The translations under genes and the position numbers were made by a program. Below are positions 13,020 to 23,248 of a stretch of 64,000 nt of DNA, piece after piece. The stretch is from Planctomycetota bacterium (GTDB lineage: Bacteria > Planctomycetota > PLA2 > JAEUHO01). The stretch lies in NCBI GenBank assembly GCA_965223505.1, contig CBDCWP010000010.1:128001-192000 (forward strand). Direction: 5' to 3'. Within the stretch, counting starts at the first letter, position 1. Each line of letters starts with the position of its first letter. The notes under the pieces were generated by a model. That model was not told the DNA's origin. It saw nothing but the letters and a program-made list of their open reading frames with translations, and did not search any database.

Positions 13020-13931
13020 ATGAGCACCGCGCCGGTCCTCTCTTCGCCGCCCGTCATGCGGAACGTGACCGCGCGCCGTCCGTGGATCCGTAGCATGCTG
13101 GATCTCACGAAGGCGCGCATCACGATCGCGACGACGGTGGTGACGGGCGCCGGGTACGCGATGTTCGCCGGGTTCGAGACGGCGATGTGGCTCCCCATGG
13201 CGGGCGTGTTCGTGCTCGCGTGCGGATCGGCGGCCATGAACCAGGTTCAGGAATGGCGCACGGACGCGCGCATGGAGCGCACGCGCAACCGGCCGATTCC
13301 GTCCGGCGAGCTCTCGCCGGAGCGCGCGCTGTTGGTGTCGGTCGTGTTGATCGCCATCGGGTTGAACATCCTGGCCTCGGTCGAGCGGCACGCGCTGATC
13401 GTCGTGGGCCTCGGGGTGCTCGCGCTGGTTTGGTACAATGCGCTGTACGTCGTCTTGAAGCGCAGGACGGCGTTCGCGGCCGTGCCGGGCGCGCTCGTCG
13501 GCGCCATTCCCCCGGTGATCGGATGGTGTTCCGCCGGCGGCGTGATCTCGGACCCGACGATCCTCGAGGTCGCGTTCTTCTTCTTCCTCTGGCAGATCCC
13601 GCACTTCTGGTTGCTGGTCCAGATGTACGGCGCGCAGTACGAGGACGCCGGGTTGCCGATGCCGACGCGCGTGATGTCGGCAACGCAGTTTCGGCGCATG
13701 ACGTCGATGTGGATCCTCTCGGTCGCCGTGGCAGGTCTGGTGCTCTCGGTGACGCAGCGGCTCGAGATGCCGTGGAACGTGGGGGCGCTGGTCGCGTCGA
13801 TCCTGCTCGCCACGGTGACGATCAAACGTCGCAACGACGAGGGCCGGGTCACGGCCGTATCGCTGTTCAAGGCGATCAACCTCTACGCGCTCGTGATTCT
13901 CGGACTGGTCGTCGCCAACGCCTGCGTCTGA
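13020..13931 (+). CDS. ctaB: Protoheme IX farnesyltransferase (heme O synthase)
   Basis: DARMERTRNRPIPSG, GAIPPVIGW, FLWQIPHFW. Confidence 0.93.
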   Translation: MSTAPVLSSPPVMRNVTARRPWIRSMLDLTKARITIATTVVTGAGYAMFAGFETAMWLPMAGVFVLACGSAAMNQVQEWRTDARMERTRNRPIPSGELSPERALLVSVVLIAIGLNILASVERHALIVVGLGVLALVWYNALYVVLKRRTAFAAVPGALVGAIPPVIGWCSAGGVISDPTILEVAFFFFLWQIPHFWLLVQMYGAQYEDAGLPMPTRVMSATQFRRMTSMWILSVAVAGLVLSVTQRLEMPWNVGALVASILLATVTIKRRNDEGRVTAVSLFKAINLYALVILGLVVANACV

Positions 13932-13964
13932 GCGTACGCACCGAGCCGTGCGAGAATCGGGGCA

Positions 13965-14975
13965 ATGACCTCCGATCGACCGCCGGCAAGCGTGGGGCGT
14001 CGGATCGCGCGCACGCTGACTCACGTTGCGATTGCCTTCGTCCTCATCTGCGCCTCGTCGTTGTCCCTGGCACTGGTCGTTCGCATCGATCCGGCCGTGG
14101 TGCCCGACGAGCCCGAGACGTTGGAGATCGTGGTGTCGCGCATCCACACGTTGCGGTTCCACGTCGGGATCGCCGCGGCCGTCGGGACGGCTTGGCTGCT
14201 GCTTGCACGCCGCTGGCGGCTCGCGACGGTGGGAATGCTGGTCGTGGGCTGGGCAGTCGCGCCCGTCGTGTGGCCGGCGAACGCGCGCGCGCCGGACATC
14301 GAGAACGGCGCGTCGTTCAACCTCGGCGGCACCCTGGCCGACGAAGACCGGGTGTTCGCCGAGATCGAGGCGTCGAATGCCGACGTGCTGATCGTGCTCG
14401 AGTACTCGCCGGCCTGGCAGGAACGGCTGGGCGCGCGCCTGCGGGCCACGCATCCACACCGCGTCGAGAAGCCGCGTCATGACAACTTCGGCATCGCGGT
14501 CTTCTCGCGCGTGGAGTGGCGCCAGCAGGAGCGCTTCGTGTTGGGAAGGGTGGCGACGCCACAGTACCGCTTCGAGGTGCCGGTCGGGCCCGCGTCGATC
14601 GTGCTGTACGCGATTCACATCCTGCCGCCCGCTCGGCACCGGTACGTGGAGCATCGACGACAGTTCGCCGACCTGCTCGGCCGGCTCGACGACGAGGCCG
14701 CGCCGACGGTCCTGGCCGGCGACTTCAACTTCGTCGATCACGGGCCGCTGGCCGGCGCCCTGCACGCGCGTGGCTTCGCGAACAGCCGCGCGCTCGCCGG
14801 AAGCGGTCGGGGCGCGACGTGGCCGGTCAACGACTGGCTGCGGCACCTACCCGGCATTCGCATCGATCACGTCTACGTCGGTCACGGGCTGACGGCGACC
14901 GACGCGTGGCTCGGCGGCCACATCGAGAGCGATCATCTCCCCATCGCGACCACAGTGCAGTGGGCTGCGCCCTGA
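13965..14975 (+). CDS. Membrane-anchored endonuclease/exonuclease/phosphatase (EEP) family protein
   Basis: N-terminal TM helices; ADVLIVLE, LAGDFN, RIDHV, SDHLPI motifs. Confidence 0.85.
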   Translation: MTSDRPPASVGRRIARTLTHVAIAFVLICASSLSLALVVRIDPAVVPDEPETLEIVVSRIHTLRFHVGIAAAVGTAWLLLARRWRLATVGMLVVGWAVAPVVWPANARAPDIENGASFNLGGTLADEDRVFAEIEASNADVLIVLEYSPAWQERLGARLRATHPHRVEKPRHDNFGIAVFSRVEWRQQERFVLGRVATPQYRFEVPVGPASIVLYAIHILPPARHRYVEHRRQFADLLGRLDDEAAPTVLAGDFNFVDHGPLAGALHARGFANSRALAGSGRGATWPVNDWLRHLPGIRIDHVYVGHGLTATDAWLGGHIESDHLPIATTVQWAAP

Positions 14976-15005
14976 CAGCTGTCGCAAAGACGGCCGCGCG
15001 CCTGG

Positions 15006-17855
15006 TCAGTTGTCGAACGTGAATCGAATCGTCCAGTCGTCGAGGAACGCGCCCGGGTCCAAGGCGCCGACGCCCGCCGCGAGGAAGATCGTGATTCGAA
15101 TCTGAAGGAACTCATCGCCGTTCAGGCTCGCCATGTTGTCGATCCCGGCGTTGCCGACGTTGTCGGGTGCGCGTGTCACGGCGCCGGGGTGACCCGGCAT
15201 GTACGTCGGCGCGCTCTCGATGCCCGAGTCCAGGAAGTGGCCGATCGTTCGCCAGCCGTTGCCCACCGGCTCCGGTGTGCCGTCCGGGAGGATCCCGAAG
15301 CTCTGGGCCTCGATCAGAATCACGACCGATCCCGGTCCGGGACTCGAGATGGAAGGCGCGCCGGCGACGAAGTCCCCCTGCACCGGCTCGATGAAGGTCG
15401 GGTTGAACGGTCCGACCGTGAAGATCTGCGTGGTCGCCTGGGGCCTGAGCCCGCCGCCACTGAACCGGGTGGCGTCGAAGACGCCGCGGTAGAACCCCGT
15501 CGCACCCTCGCCGGGCGTGACGGCGGCGCCGCCCAAGCCGCTGATGATGGAGTCGCCGTCCTCGATCGCGAGCCGGCCAACGCCCCCTGGGCCGCCGTCG
15601 TTGGCGCCCGGGTCCCCGCCCTGCGTTACGCCACTCGGGCCGCCGGAGCCGCCCGCCGCGGTGATCACCGTGTCCGAGTTGAACTTCACCTCTTGGGGTG
15701 TGAGCAATCGCAGTCCGCCACCGCTACCCGCCGCCGCCGCCGCCGACGCCCGGGTTCCACGCGTAGTTCGGACTGAACGTCCCACCCTTGCCGTCGCCGC
15801 CGCGGGAACCTGCCACGTCGATCGTGCCCATGATGGAGATGTCACCTTGCGCCGTGAGGTCGATGAACCCACCGCCGGCGCCACCTGACGCGCCCGGCCC
15901 GCGGCCGATGTTGCCCGTGAACGGGCGCAGCTCACCCGCCGCGCCGCCGCCACTGCCCGCTTCGGGTGTCAGGAGCCGCCCGGCAGTCTGGCCGTACGTC
16001 TCACCGCCTTCACCCTCCAGCGGCAGATCCAACGTCGTGGGCTGGGTCCCACTGCCGTTCGCCTCACCCGGCATGCCGGCTTCGGCGTGTCCGCCGCCGC
16101 CGCCCGATGGTGTGTTTCGATTGTTCGGATTCTGCTGCGCGTTCCACTTCGCGGATGTGTTCCCCTTCCCACCCCCAGGACCGGTGTTCGTGCCGACCGT
16201 CGGGTCGATGCTCGCTCCGGTCATGAGTAGCCCTGGAAGCCGTCACCGCCGACGCGCCGCGCGTTGGCGACACCCGAAGGGACCACCGCCGCCGTCGCCG
16301 CCGCCGAGCACGCCGATCCCCCCGTCGGTCCCGGCGGTCGTCGTCGCAGTCTTGCCGTCACCGCGGCCTTGCGGAACACCGGTGCTCCCGTCGCCCCGTC
16401 CGAGCAATCGACCGAGCTTTTCGATGACGACGTCACCCTGCACCAGGATGATCGCCGGATTCTCGCCGATCATGCGGACCGTGATTCCAGCGCGAATGCG
16501 GAATGAAGCGAATTCCCAGATGACGGCGGTGGAGTTGTCGGTCGTGTTGATACACGAGTTCGAAGCACCGGTGTCGAGAATGGTGTCGACGGTCGGATCG
16601 AAGTGATCTTTGTCCGCGTTGTTCATCTGGAACGGATCGCTGCAACCGCTGGCGTCGCTGTTCGGCAGCGACGGGTCGACGAGGCTCGCACCGTTGTCGC
16701 CGTCGCCGGCAAACAGCAGGAAGCCCTGTACCACGCTCCGTGACCGCGATGTGTTCACGTCCGCCGTTGTGTCATTCTCGCTGTACGGCGTCTCGCCGTC
16801 GTTGGCCAGGACGTAGGAACTCGGGGTGCCGTCGAGATTTTGGGTCGTGAACGAGAGCGTGAACGGCGTCAACGGCTGTCCACCGAAGTCGGAGATGCCG
16901 AACGTGAGCGATACCACGATCAGGACGTTCTCCGGCAGGATTCCTCCCAACTCGGGGCTGTTCGGATGCTGTCCGAACACCGGGGAGATCACGATGCGCG
17001 TCGAATCGAAGTCCTGAAGCAGATGAACCGTCGCAGGCAGCGTCTGGGCACCGCCGGGCCATGCCATGCCGGTGTCCGACCCCCATGTGAGCGGATCCGC
17101 GTCCTGGTCGGTGACGTCGACACCGCCGGTCACGAACCCGACAGATTGTCGTTGGGGGCTTGGACCGACGCGCCGAACGCGCCGCCGACCTCGTGAATAC
17201 GTACGGAGACCGTGGCATTGGAGACGCTGCACGGATCCACGTTCTCGGTGAGCTCCATCTCGATGCGTTGCGGGTTGAGCGCCGAGCCGATGGACACCGC
17301 GGCCGTGCCCGGCTGCGGGGAGACCGAGCTCAGTACGACGGCGGGTGCCACCGCCGGGATCTGATCGAGGAACTTGGCGGGATCGTTGTCAGCGCGCGTG
17401 CTGAAGTTCCACGTGGTCGTCGCGTCGAGCGGTTGCCCGACCGTGTTCCGCACGGCGAATTGTTCGGGATAGCCGATGACCTGCACCCGATAGTCGGTAT
17501 CGGCTTTGAACGCGGCGTCGCTCAGATCGCAAAGACTCGGGAGACGCGGCTCGAACGTCACCACGCTTCCGTTGATGATGAACTGGCCGTCCACGGTGAG
17601 GCCGAACGCGCCGCCTTCGCGGATCTGAATCGACGCGGGGGTGATCGTCGCGCCGTTCACGGGTTCGCTGAATCGCCACTCGAGAATCGTGTTCAGCGCG
17701 ACGTTGTCCGTCGAGGCTTGCACGAAGCTGATGAGCACGAGGCCCTGCCCGTCGCCGGTCGGGCCCTGGCCGCCCGTGCCGCCGGCGCAGGAGGCGAAGA
17801 AGAGGATGGAAACTGCGACGATCGACGTGCAGCCGGTGCGGGAAGCGGTGGGCAT
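15006..17855 (-). pseudogene. Large Gly-rich surface lipoprotein with N-terminal Ig-like domain, broken by about 4 frameshifts (pseudogene or assembly indels)
   Basis: Signal/lipobox ILFFASC, Ig-like FSEPVN..TI..., Gly-rich GGGGGH/GSGGGAAG/GGAGGG repeats; coding signal passes between frames near 17137, 16280, 16225 and 15728. Confidence 0.7.
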
Positions 17856-18108
17856 GCGGAGGTCCCTCGGGCCGGGACCGGCGTCCCGCTTCGGAACGCC
17901 ACCCGCAGGTCCGTCGATCCGCGCGGCTGCAATGATCGTAGTCCCATGAACACTCGAACTGGAAGCGACAAAGCATCAGTTATGAGCAGATCTCTCATGT
18001 TCAAGTGAGAATGGACCCCGAAATGAAGTGGAACGGAAATTGATGAGAGGTGAGTCAGGCCTGTCGATGGCCTGCCTGTCGCGAGCCCAGCTTCCGATGA
18101 CGACTCCC

Positions 18109-19652
18109 TCAGCGGTGGGAGCTGCGGCACGTCGCGGGCCGCGTGCTGACGACCGGCGGGTCGTCGGGGGCGTACACACTGCCGTGAAGCGCTCTGGCCG
18201 CCGCGACGTCCGCCCAGATGCGGTCGCGCACGCGTTCGACCTCCTCGCACATGGCGTCGTTCCACGCGGCGTCCGACGGGCCGAGGGGGCGGCGCTCGCC
18301 GGGGTCGGCGGCGAGGTCGAAGACGGTCTCGTGCACGCGACCCGCGGCTCGATCGTATTGAATCACGAACTTCCAGCGTTCGGATCGCACACTTGCCAGG
18401 ATGGCGCGGTGGCCGGGGCCCGCGTTGTTGCGCGTCAGCCGCTCCTGCGAGATGACGGGACGGCCGGAAGCCTCGTTCGAGCACCGGCAAGAAGGAGCGA
18501 CCACGCGTGCCGGGCTGTGATGTCAGTCCGGCCCAGCCCATGAACGTCGGCAGCACGTCAATCAGCCCGACACACTCGTTCACGAGGGCAGGGCGGTCGA
18601 ACGGGGCGGGGCCGGTCATCACGAGCGGAATGTGGACCAGCTCGTCAAAGAGTTGCCGGCCGTGCCCGAGCATGCCGTGCTCGCCAAACGTCTCGCCGTG
18701 GTCGGCGGTGACCACGAGAAGCGTGTTCTCGAGCAGGCCCGCCGTACGCAGCTCGTCGACGGCGCGCTCCAGGACCGAGTCGACCCAGCGCACGCCGGCG
18801 AGATACGCCGTCCTCAACTCGTCGGCCAGCGCCGCATCGGGCTTCGCGGCGAATCCGTGGACGCGTACCCGACGACCTCGTTCTGGAAGTACGCGCCGTG
18901 GTGAGCGGTCATCAGCTCACGACCGGGCCGATCGAGCCAGGTAGACCCTCGTCATGTCGCGGGGTGTGGTGATCGCCGCCGGATCGAAGGTCTCCGCGTA
19001 CGCGCGAAGCTCCTCCGGCGTCCATGCGGCGTGCGAGTCCGGAACGCGGTGGTTGGCCCGACCGTACGGGTCGTGGGCCTCGAAGGTGTGCAGGTACAGG
19101 AAGAACGGCTTGTGGGGGTCGCGCTCCGATTGCCAACGCTCGATCGCCGGGCGGGTGCCCTGGAGGCCGAATCCCTCGTTCACCGATCCGCGCTGAATCC
19201 CTGTAAGATCGAGTGGTCGTCTCGACGAACCACGGCGCGCCGGTGAATACCGCGGTCTCGTAGCCGTGCTCGTCCCTCAGCAGCTCCGCGAAGGTGGTCA
19301 CACCCGCGGGCAAGTGCGGAACGCCCTTGGTCGAGTCGCAGCCGTGCTCGCGCGGAAGAAGTCCGGTCAGCATGCTGGTGATCGACGGAACGGTCCACGG
19401 CGCGGGCGCGGCAGCGCTCTCGAACGCGACGCCGTCCGCCGCCATCGACGCGAGGAACGGCATGTGCGCCGGCTCCTGGCCGGGCAGCGCGACGGCGTCG
19501 CGCCGCAATGAGTCGATGACGATGATGATCAGATTAGGCGCCGGTCGCGCCTCGGCGTTGCCGTCGCTTTGCGGCCGCGCACCGTCGTCGCCGCAGCCGA
19601 TGCCGACGGCGGCGAAAGCGACGAGTAGCACGATGGCTCGGAGAACGTTCAA
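18109..19652 (-). pseudogene. Sulfatase-like (alkaline phosphatase superfamily) lipoprotein, broken by about 5 frameshifts
   Basis: PNLIIIVIDSLRRD, APWTVPSITSMLTG, FFLYLHTFEAHDPY, VVTADHGETFGEHG..GHG..LFDELVHIPL, RWKFV lie in different frames; start TTG 19652 is a best guess. Confidence 0.8.
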
Positions 19653-19691
19653 AGGGCGGGCTTCCGTGCGAATTGGCGCGTCGTTCCTCTT

Positions 19692-19706
19692 TACCCCCAA
19701 GGGGTA
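19692..19706. promoter_or_regulatory. Inverted repeat TACCCC-CAA-GGGGTA, CsoR/RcnR-family-like operator
   Basis: Perfect 6-bp arms in an AT-rich intergenic stretch about 40 nt upstream of the sulfatase-like gene. Confidence 0.45.
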
Positions 19707-19832
19707 TGTGTTTGTCGCTTTCAAGTAGCGTGCGGAGGGCGGTTCGGCGGCCCAAGTCCCGGCAGCCGGATTGCCTGAATCGGCGAAGGGTAACACCGTT
19801 TCCGGCCTGTCTCGCGCGGTGTTTCGTTTCGA

Positions 19833-22800
19833 CTACGGAATGCGGATCTTGATGTTGCGGTACCACACCGGATCGCCGTGGTCCTGCAGCCCGATGTGTC
19901 CGCGCGGCTGGACGCCGAACCCTTCCATGTCCTGGAACTTGCTCTTCGCGATGGCGGCGTTCCATGCCTCGCCACCCAGCTCTACGTCGACGATCTTCCA
20001 CCCGTTCAGCCAGTGCTCGAGCCGGCCGTTCGCGACCACGATGCGTGCCTGATTCCACGCGCCGGCGGGGCGGGTGACATCGAACCGGGGTGCGAAGAGC
20101 GCGTAGCACGCGCCCGCCGACGTGAGGGTGGACCCGCCATCCGCGTGCACATCGTTGTCGAGCACCTGCATCTCCGGACCGGTGGTCCACATGGCGCCGC
20201 CGTCCTCCGTGAGGCGGTAGCACACCCCGCTGTTGCCGCCGGGCGCGAGCTTCCACTCGAGCTTCAGATCGAATTCGGCGTATTCGGTCTCGGTGACGAG
20301 GTCGCCGCCGGTTCCTTCCTTCGAGAAATGCAGCGCGCCGTCCTCGACACGCCACGCGGCGGGCGGCCCGTCCTGCTTGTAGCCGCGCCAGCCGGCAAGC
20401 GTCTCGCCGTCGAAGAGGAGTTTCCAGCCCGCGTCTTGCTCGGCTGGTGTCAGCCGGTTGGGAAGCGGCGGGGGCGCAGGCAGCTGGGCGTCCGTGCGGG
20501 GCCCGGGCAGGCGGTTGAGCGTGTACCACGCCTCCGAGCTCCACGGCCGGTCACCGGCGGCGTTGCGGATCGTGCGCGCCAGTCGGAGGTACACGACGTG
20601 CCCCTCCTCGAGCCCGGGGATCCGGAGCCACGCCTTGCGTCGGTCCTTCGAGACCGACGCGCCCGCGACCTCGAGCCGCTCGACGTCCTTCTTCGGGCCG
20701 CCGTAGCTCTTCGTCGGCTCGTACCACCACTGCTGAACGAGGTAGTCGGCCGGGTCGTCGCCCGAGACGTTCGCGAGCGGCTCGGTGAACTCGATCTCGA
20801 GTGTGCGGTTCGGCTTGACGCGCACCGCCTTCATCTCGAAGACGCTCTTGCCGTTGTAGGCGAGCCGCTGCAGCCCGTACTTGAGCTTCCCGGTCTGGCC
20901 CCAGTTGCCGCTGCTGCCGATGCCGCCGACGTACAACGCGCCGTCCGGACCCTGTCGCCAGCGGTTGATGCCGGCTTCGAGTCCCTGGATGAAGCGGAAC
21001 ACGCACCCTTGGTACTGCCCGCAGACCTTTTCGACGAACACGCGCTTGAGCCCGCCATGGGTGACGTCGGCATGCAGCATCTGTCCGCGCCAGGGTCCGA
21101 AGGTCAAGAGGCCCGGTTCGCCGGGTGAGTTGCCGATCTCGCCTTGGGGCAGCCAGACCACGGGTGGTTTCTCGGGTACGCCCTCCGTGCCCTCGAAGTC
21201 GACGGAGCGACTGCCGAAGAAGGCACCGGGCGAGACGTGGACGACCTTGCTGACCGGAAGCCAGTCGCCCTGGTTGTCCGTGACGAAGATCTCCCCGTGC
21301 ACACCGAGCCCGATGCCGTTGGGCGTACGCAGGCCGTGCGCGATCAGCTCGTAGCGCCCGTCGGGATCGATCTTCACGACCTTGCCGCGGTCGGGATTCT
21401 GGGGATGCGTGCTGGCGCCGCCGGGATTGATCGCCGTCGCGAGCGTCGCGTAGAACGCGCCGTCTTTGAAGACGAGACCGAACGCGAATTCGTGGAAGTT
21501 GCTCGTGACGCCCCAGCCGTCGGCGACCGTGCGGTATTCGTCGATGGCGCCGTCGCCGTCCCTGTCGATGAGCTCGGTCAGTTCCTGCTTCTGCAAGACG
21601 AAGATGCGTCCGTTCACGACCCGAATGCCGAGCGGCTCGGCGAGTCCGGCCGCGATGCGACGCACCTCGATCTTCGCGGGGTCGCCGGTTTCCGCGCCCT
21701 CGAGCACGTACACGCCGCCCATGGGTTCCCAGCAGCAGACGATCATGCGGCCGTCGGGCAACCAGTCGATGCCGCCGATACGAGGCTGAAAGCTCTCCGG
21801 GCGCGCCTGCGCGAGGTCGAAGGCCGGATGAACGCCGGTCAGCGGTTGGCCGTCGCCCGGAACACCCTTCGCCGCGACGGGGACCAGCTTCTTCTTGCCG
21901 GGCGAGGTCACACGCACCTCGCCCTTCGGCGCGCGCAGCGCTTCGTTCGGCACGATCGCCCAGTCCGCCGCGCCGGGCGGCTGCCACTCGAGCGTCAGCT
22001 GCTCGCCGCCGCCGTTCTCGAAGTGCTCGACGAAGAGCTTGTGGCGGCCCACGGCCAGCTCGAGCTTGCCTTCCATCGCGGTGACGCCGTGAAGCCCGTC
22101 GTGGTCGATGACGACCTCGTCGTTCAGATACAGGCGCGAGCCGTCGTCGGAGAGCAGCCGGAAGCGATAGACGCCCGCCGTCTCGACCTCCAGGAAGCCG
22201 TCGACGTGCGTGATGAACGTCTCGTCGATGTCGCCGAAGTCCCCGCGTTCCGTTCGCAGATCGAGCACCGGGATCACGTGCGAGACGTTGGGCGTCTGTC
22301 CCGGGACCAGCTTGCGGATTCGGCTCATGGACGCGCCGATGTGATAGACGCGAACCGAGACCCCGTTGCCCACGGGCGTATCCTTCGGATGCTCGACCAC
22401 GGCAGGCTCGGGAGGCGCCGCCGCCGTCGGCGCATCCTTGGCGCGGACGGTCGCTTCCTCGGCAGCCTTCGCCTCGGCGCGCTTGCGCAGCGCGTCCGCA
22501 TCGAAGAACGCCTCCACGTAGGTCGTGTCCCCCGGACGCAGCCGCACCATGATGTCGCGGGTCGGGAGCACCTTGTCCATCGGCGAGACCGGGCCGCCCA
22601 TGGTGGCCGCCTCGTTCGAGCGCGCGTGGACCAATGCTCGCACCGGCCAGCGCAGACGGATGCGGGGTGCGCGGCGGCTTCGCACCCGAAAGGTGCGCCG
22701 AAGCCCCGGTCGTCCCTGCTTGTCGCGCCGGAACGACGGCGTTTCCTCGACGGTGTACCAGCGTCGTCCGAATTGCATCGAGTAGCGCAACGTCACGGTT

Positions 22801-23168
22801 CGTCCGTCGACGCGGTACCCCAGGAACCGGCAGTCGTCGTTGCGCCACTCGCCTTCCATGTAGAAGTGACCGGTGTAGCTGAATCCGGTGCTCGTCGGCT
22901 GTGGGCCGTGCACCGTCGTATAGACGGCGCCGTCGAATTTCACGCCGCCCGACCAGGCGTTCTGGAGCTGGCAGAACTGCGCGTCGTACGTGAGCCACAT
23001 CTCCTCGTGCAGGGGCAGAGTCACCATGCGGGGGTTTCCGTCGAGCACCGAGCGGAAGACCGGCAGCGGATGGGGCGGCGGCGGTTCTTCGTTCGCCAGT
23101 GACGTGACCGGAGCGCCGATCAGAAGGGAGCCGAGGATCAACAGGATGCCGAGCCGTCGTGTGCGCAT
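19833..23168 (-). CDS. Secreted multidomain protein: PA14 domain, beta-propeller (glucose/sorbosone dehydrogenase-like) and C-terminal DUF1080 (3-keto-disaccharide hydrolase-like)
   Basis: Signal peptide; YRFRLLSDDGSRL..IDHDGLH (PA14); GLRTPNG, DNQGDW; GWKLLFDG, GNSGV, GPEMQVLD, GHIGLQDHGDPVWYRNIKIR (DUF1080). Confidence 0.85.
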   Translation of the reverse strand: MRTRRLGILLILGSLLIGAPVTSLANEEPPPPHPLPVFRSVLDGNPRMVTLPLHEEMWLTYDAQFCQLQNAWSGGVKFDGAVYTTVHGPQPTSTGFSYTGHFYMEGEWRNDDCRFLGYRVDGRTVTLRYSMQFGRRWYTVEETPSFRRDKQGRPGLRRTFRVRSRRAPRIRLRWPVRALVHARSNEAATMGGPVSPMDKVLPTRDIMVRLRPGDTTYVEAFFDADALRKRAEAKAAEEATVRAKDAPTAAAPPEPAVVEHPKDTPVGNGVSVRVYHIGASMSRIRKLVPGQTPNVSHVIPVLDLRTERGDFGDIDETFITHVDGFLEVETAGVYRFRLLSDDGSRLYLNDEVVIDHDGLHGVTAMEGKLELAVGRHKLFVEHFENGGGEQLTLEWQPPGAADWAIVPNEALRAPKGEVRVTSPGKKKLVPVAAKGVPGDGQPLTGVHPAFDLAQARPESFQPRIGGIDWLPDGRMIVCCWEPMGGVYVLEGAETGDPAKIEVRRIAAGLAEPLGIRVVNGRIFVLQKQELTELIDRDGDGAIDEYRTVADGWGVTSNFHEFAFGLVFKDGAFYATLATAINPGGASTHPQNPDRGKVVKIDPDGRYELIAHGLRTPNGIGLGVHGEIFVTDNQGDWLPVSKVVHVSPGAFFGSRSVDFEGTEGVPEKPPVVWLPQGEIGNSPGEPGLLTFGPWRGQMLHADVTHGGLKRVFVEKVCGQYQGCVFRFIQGLEAGINRWRQGPDGALYVGGIGSSGNWGQTGKLKYGLQRLAYNGKSVFEMKAVRVKPNRTLEIEFTEPLANVSGDDPADYLVQQWWYEPTKSYGGPKKDVERLEVAGASVSKDRRKAWLRIPGLEEGHVVYLRLARTIRNAAGDRPWSSEAWYTLNRLPGPRTDAQLPAPPPLPNRLTPAEQDAGWKLLFDGETLAGWRGYKQDGPPAAWRVEDGALHFSKEGTGGDLVTETEYAEFDLKLEWKLAPGGNSGVCYRLTEDGGAMWTTGPEMQVLDNDVHADGGSTLTSAGACYALFAPRFDVTRPAGAWNQARIVVANGRLEHWLNGWKIVDVELGGEAWNAAIAKSKFQDMEGFGVQPRGHIGLQDHGDPVWYRNIKIRIP

Positions 23169-23248
23169 GGCCGAGGATCATGGCCCGGCGCGGCGCGGAT
23201 TGGTAGGGTTCGGCCCCCGCGCGGTGCGCGCGGACGGAGGGCGCGTGC

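Noticed and set aside
15720..15750. GGC repeat as a phase-variation tract or programmed frameshift
   Set aside because: A trinucleotide repeat does not shift frame, and the many scattered indels in two genes do not fit a programmed event.
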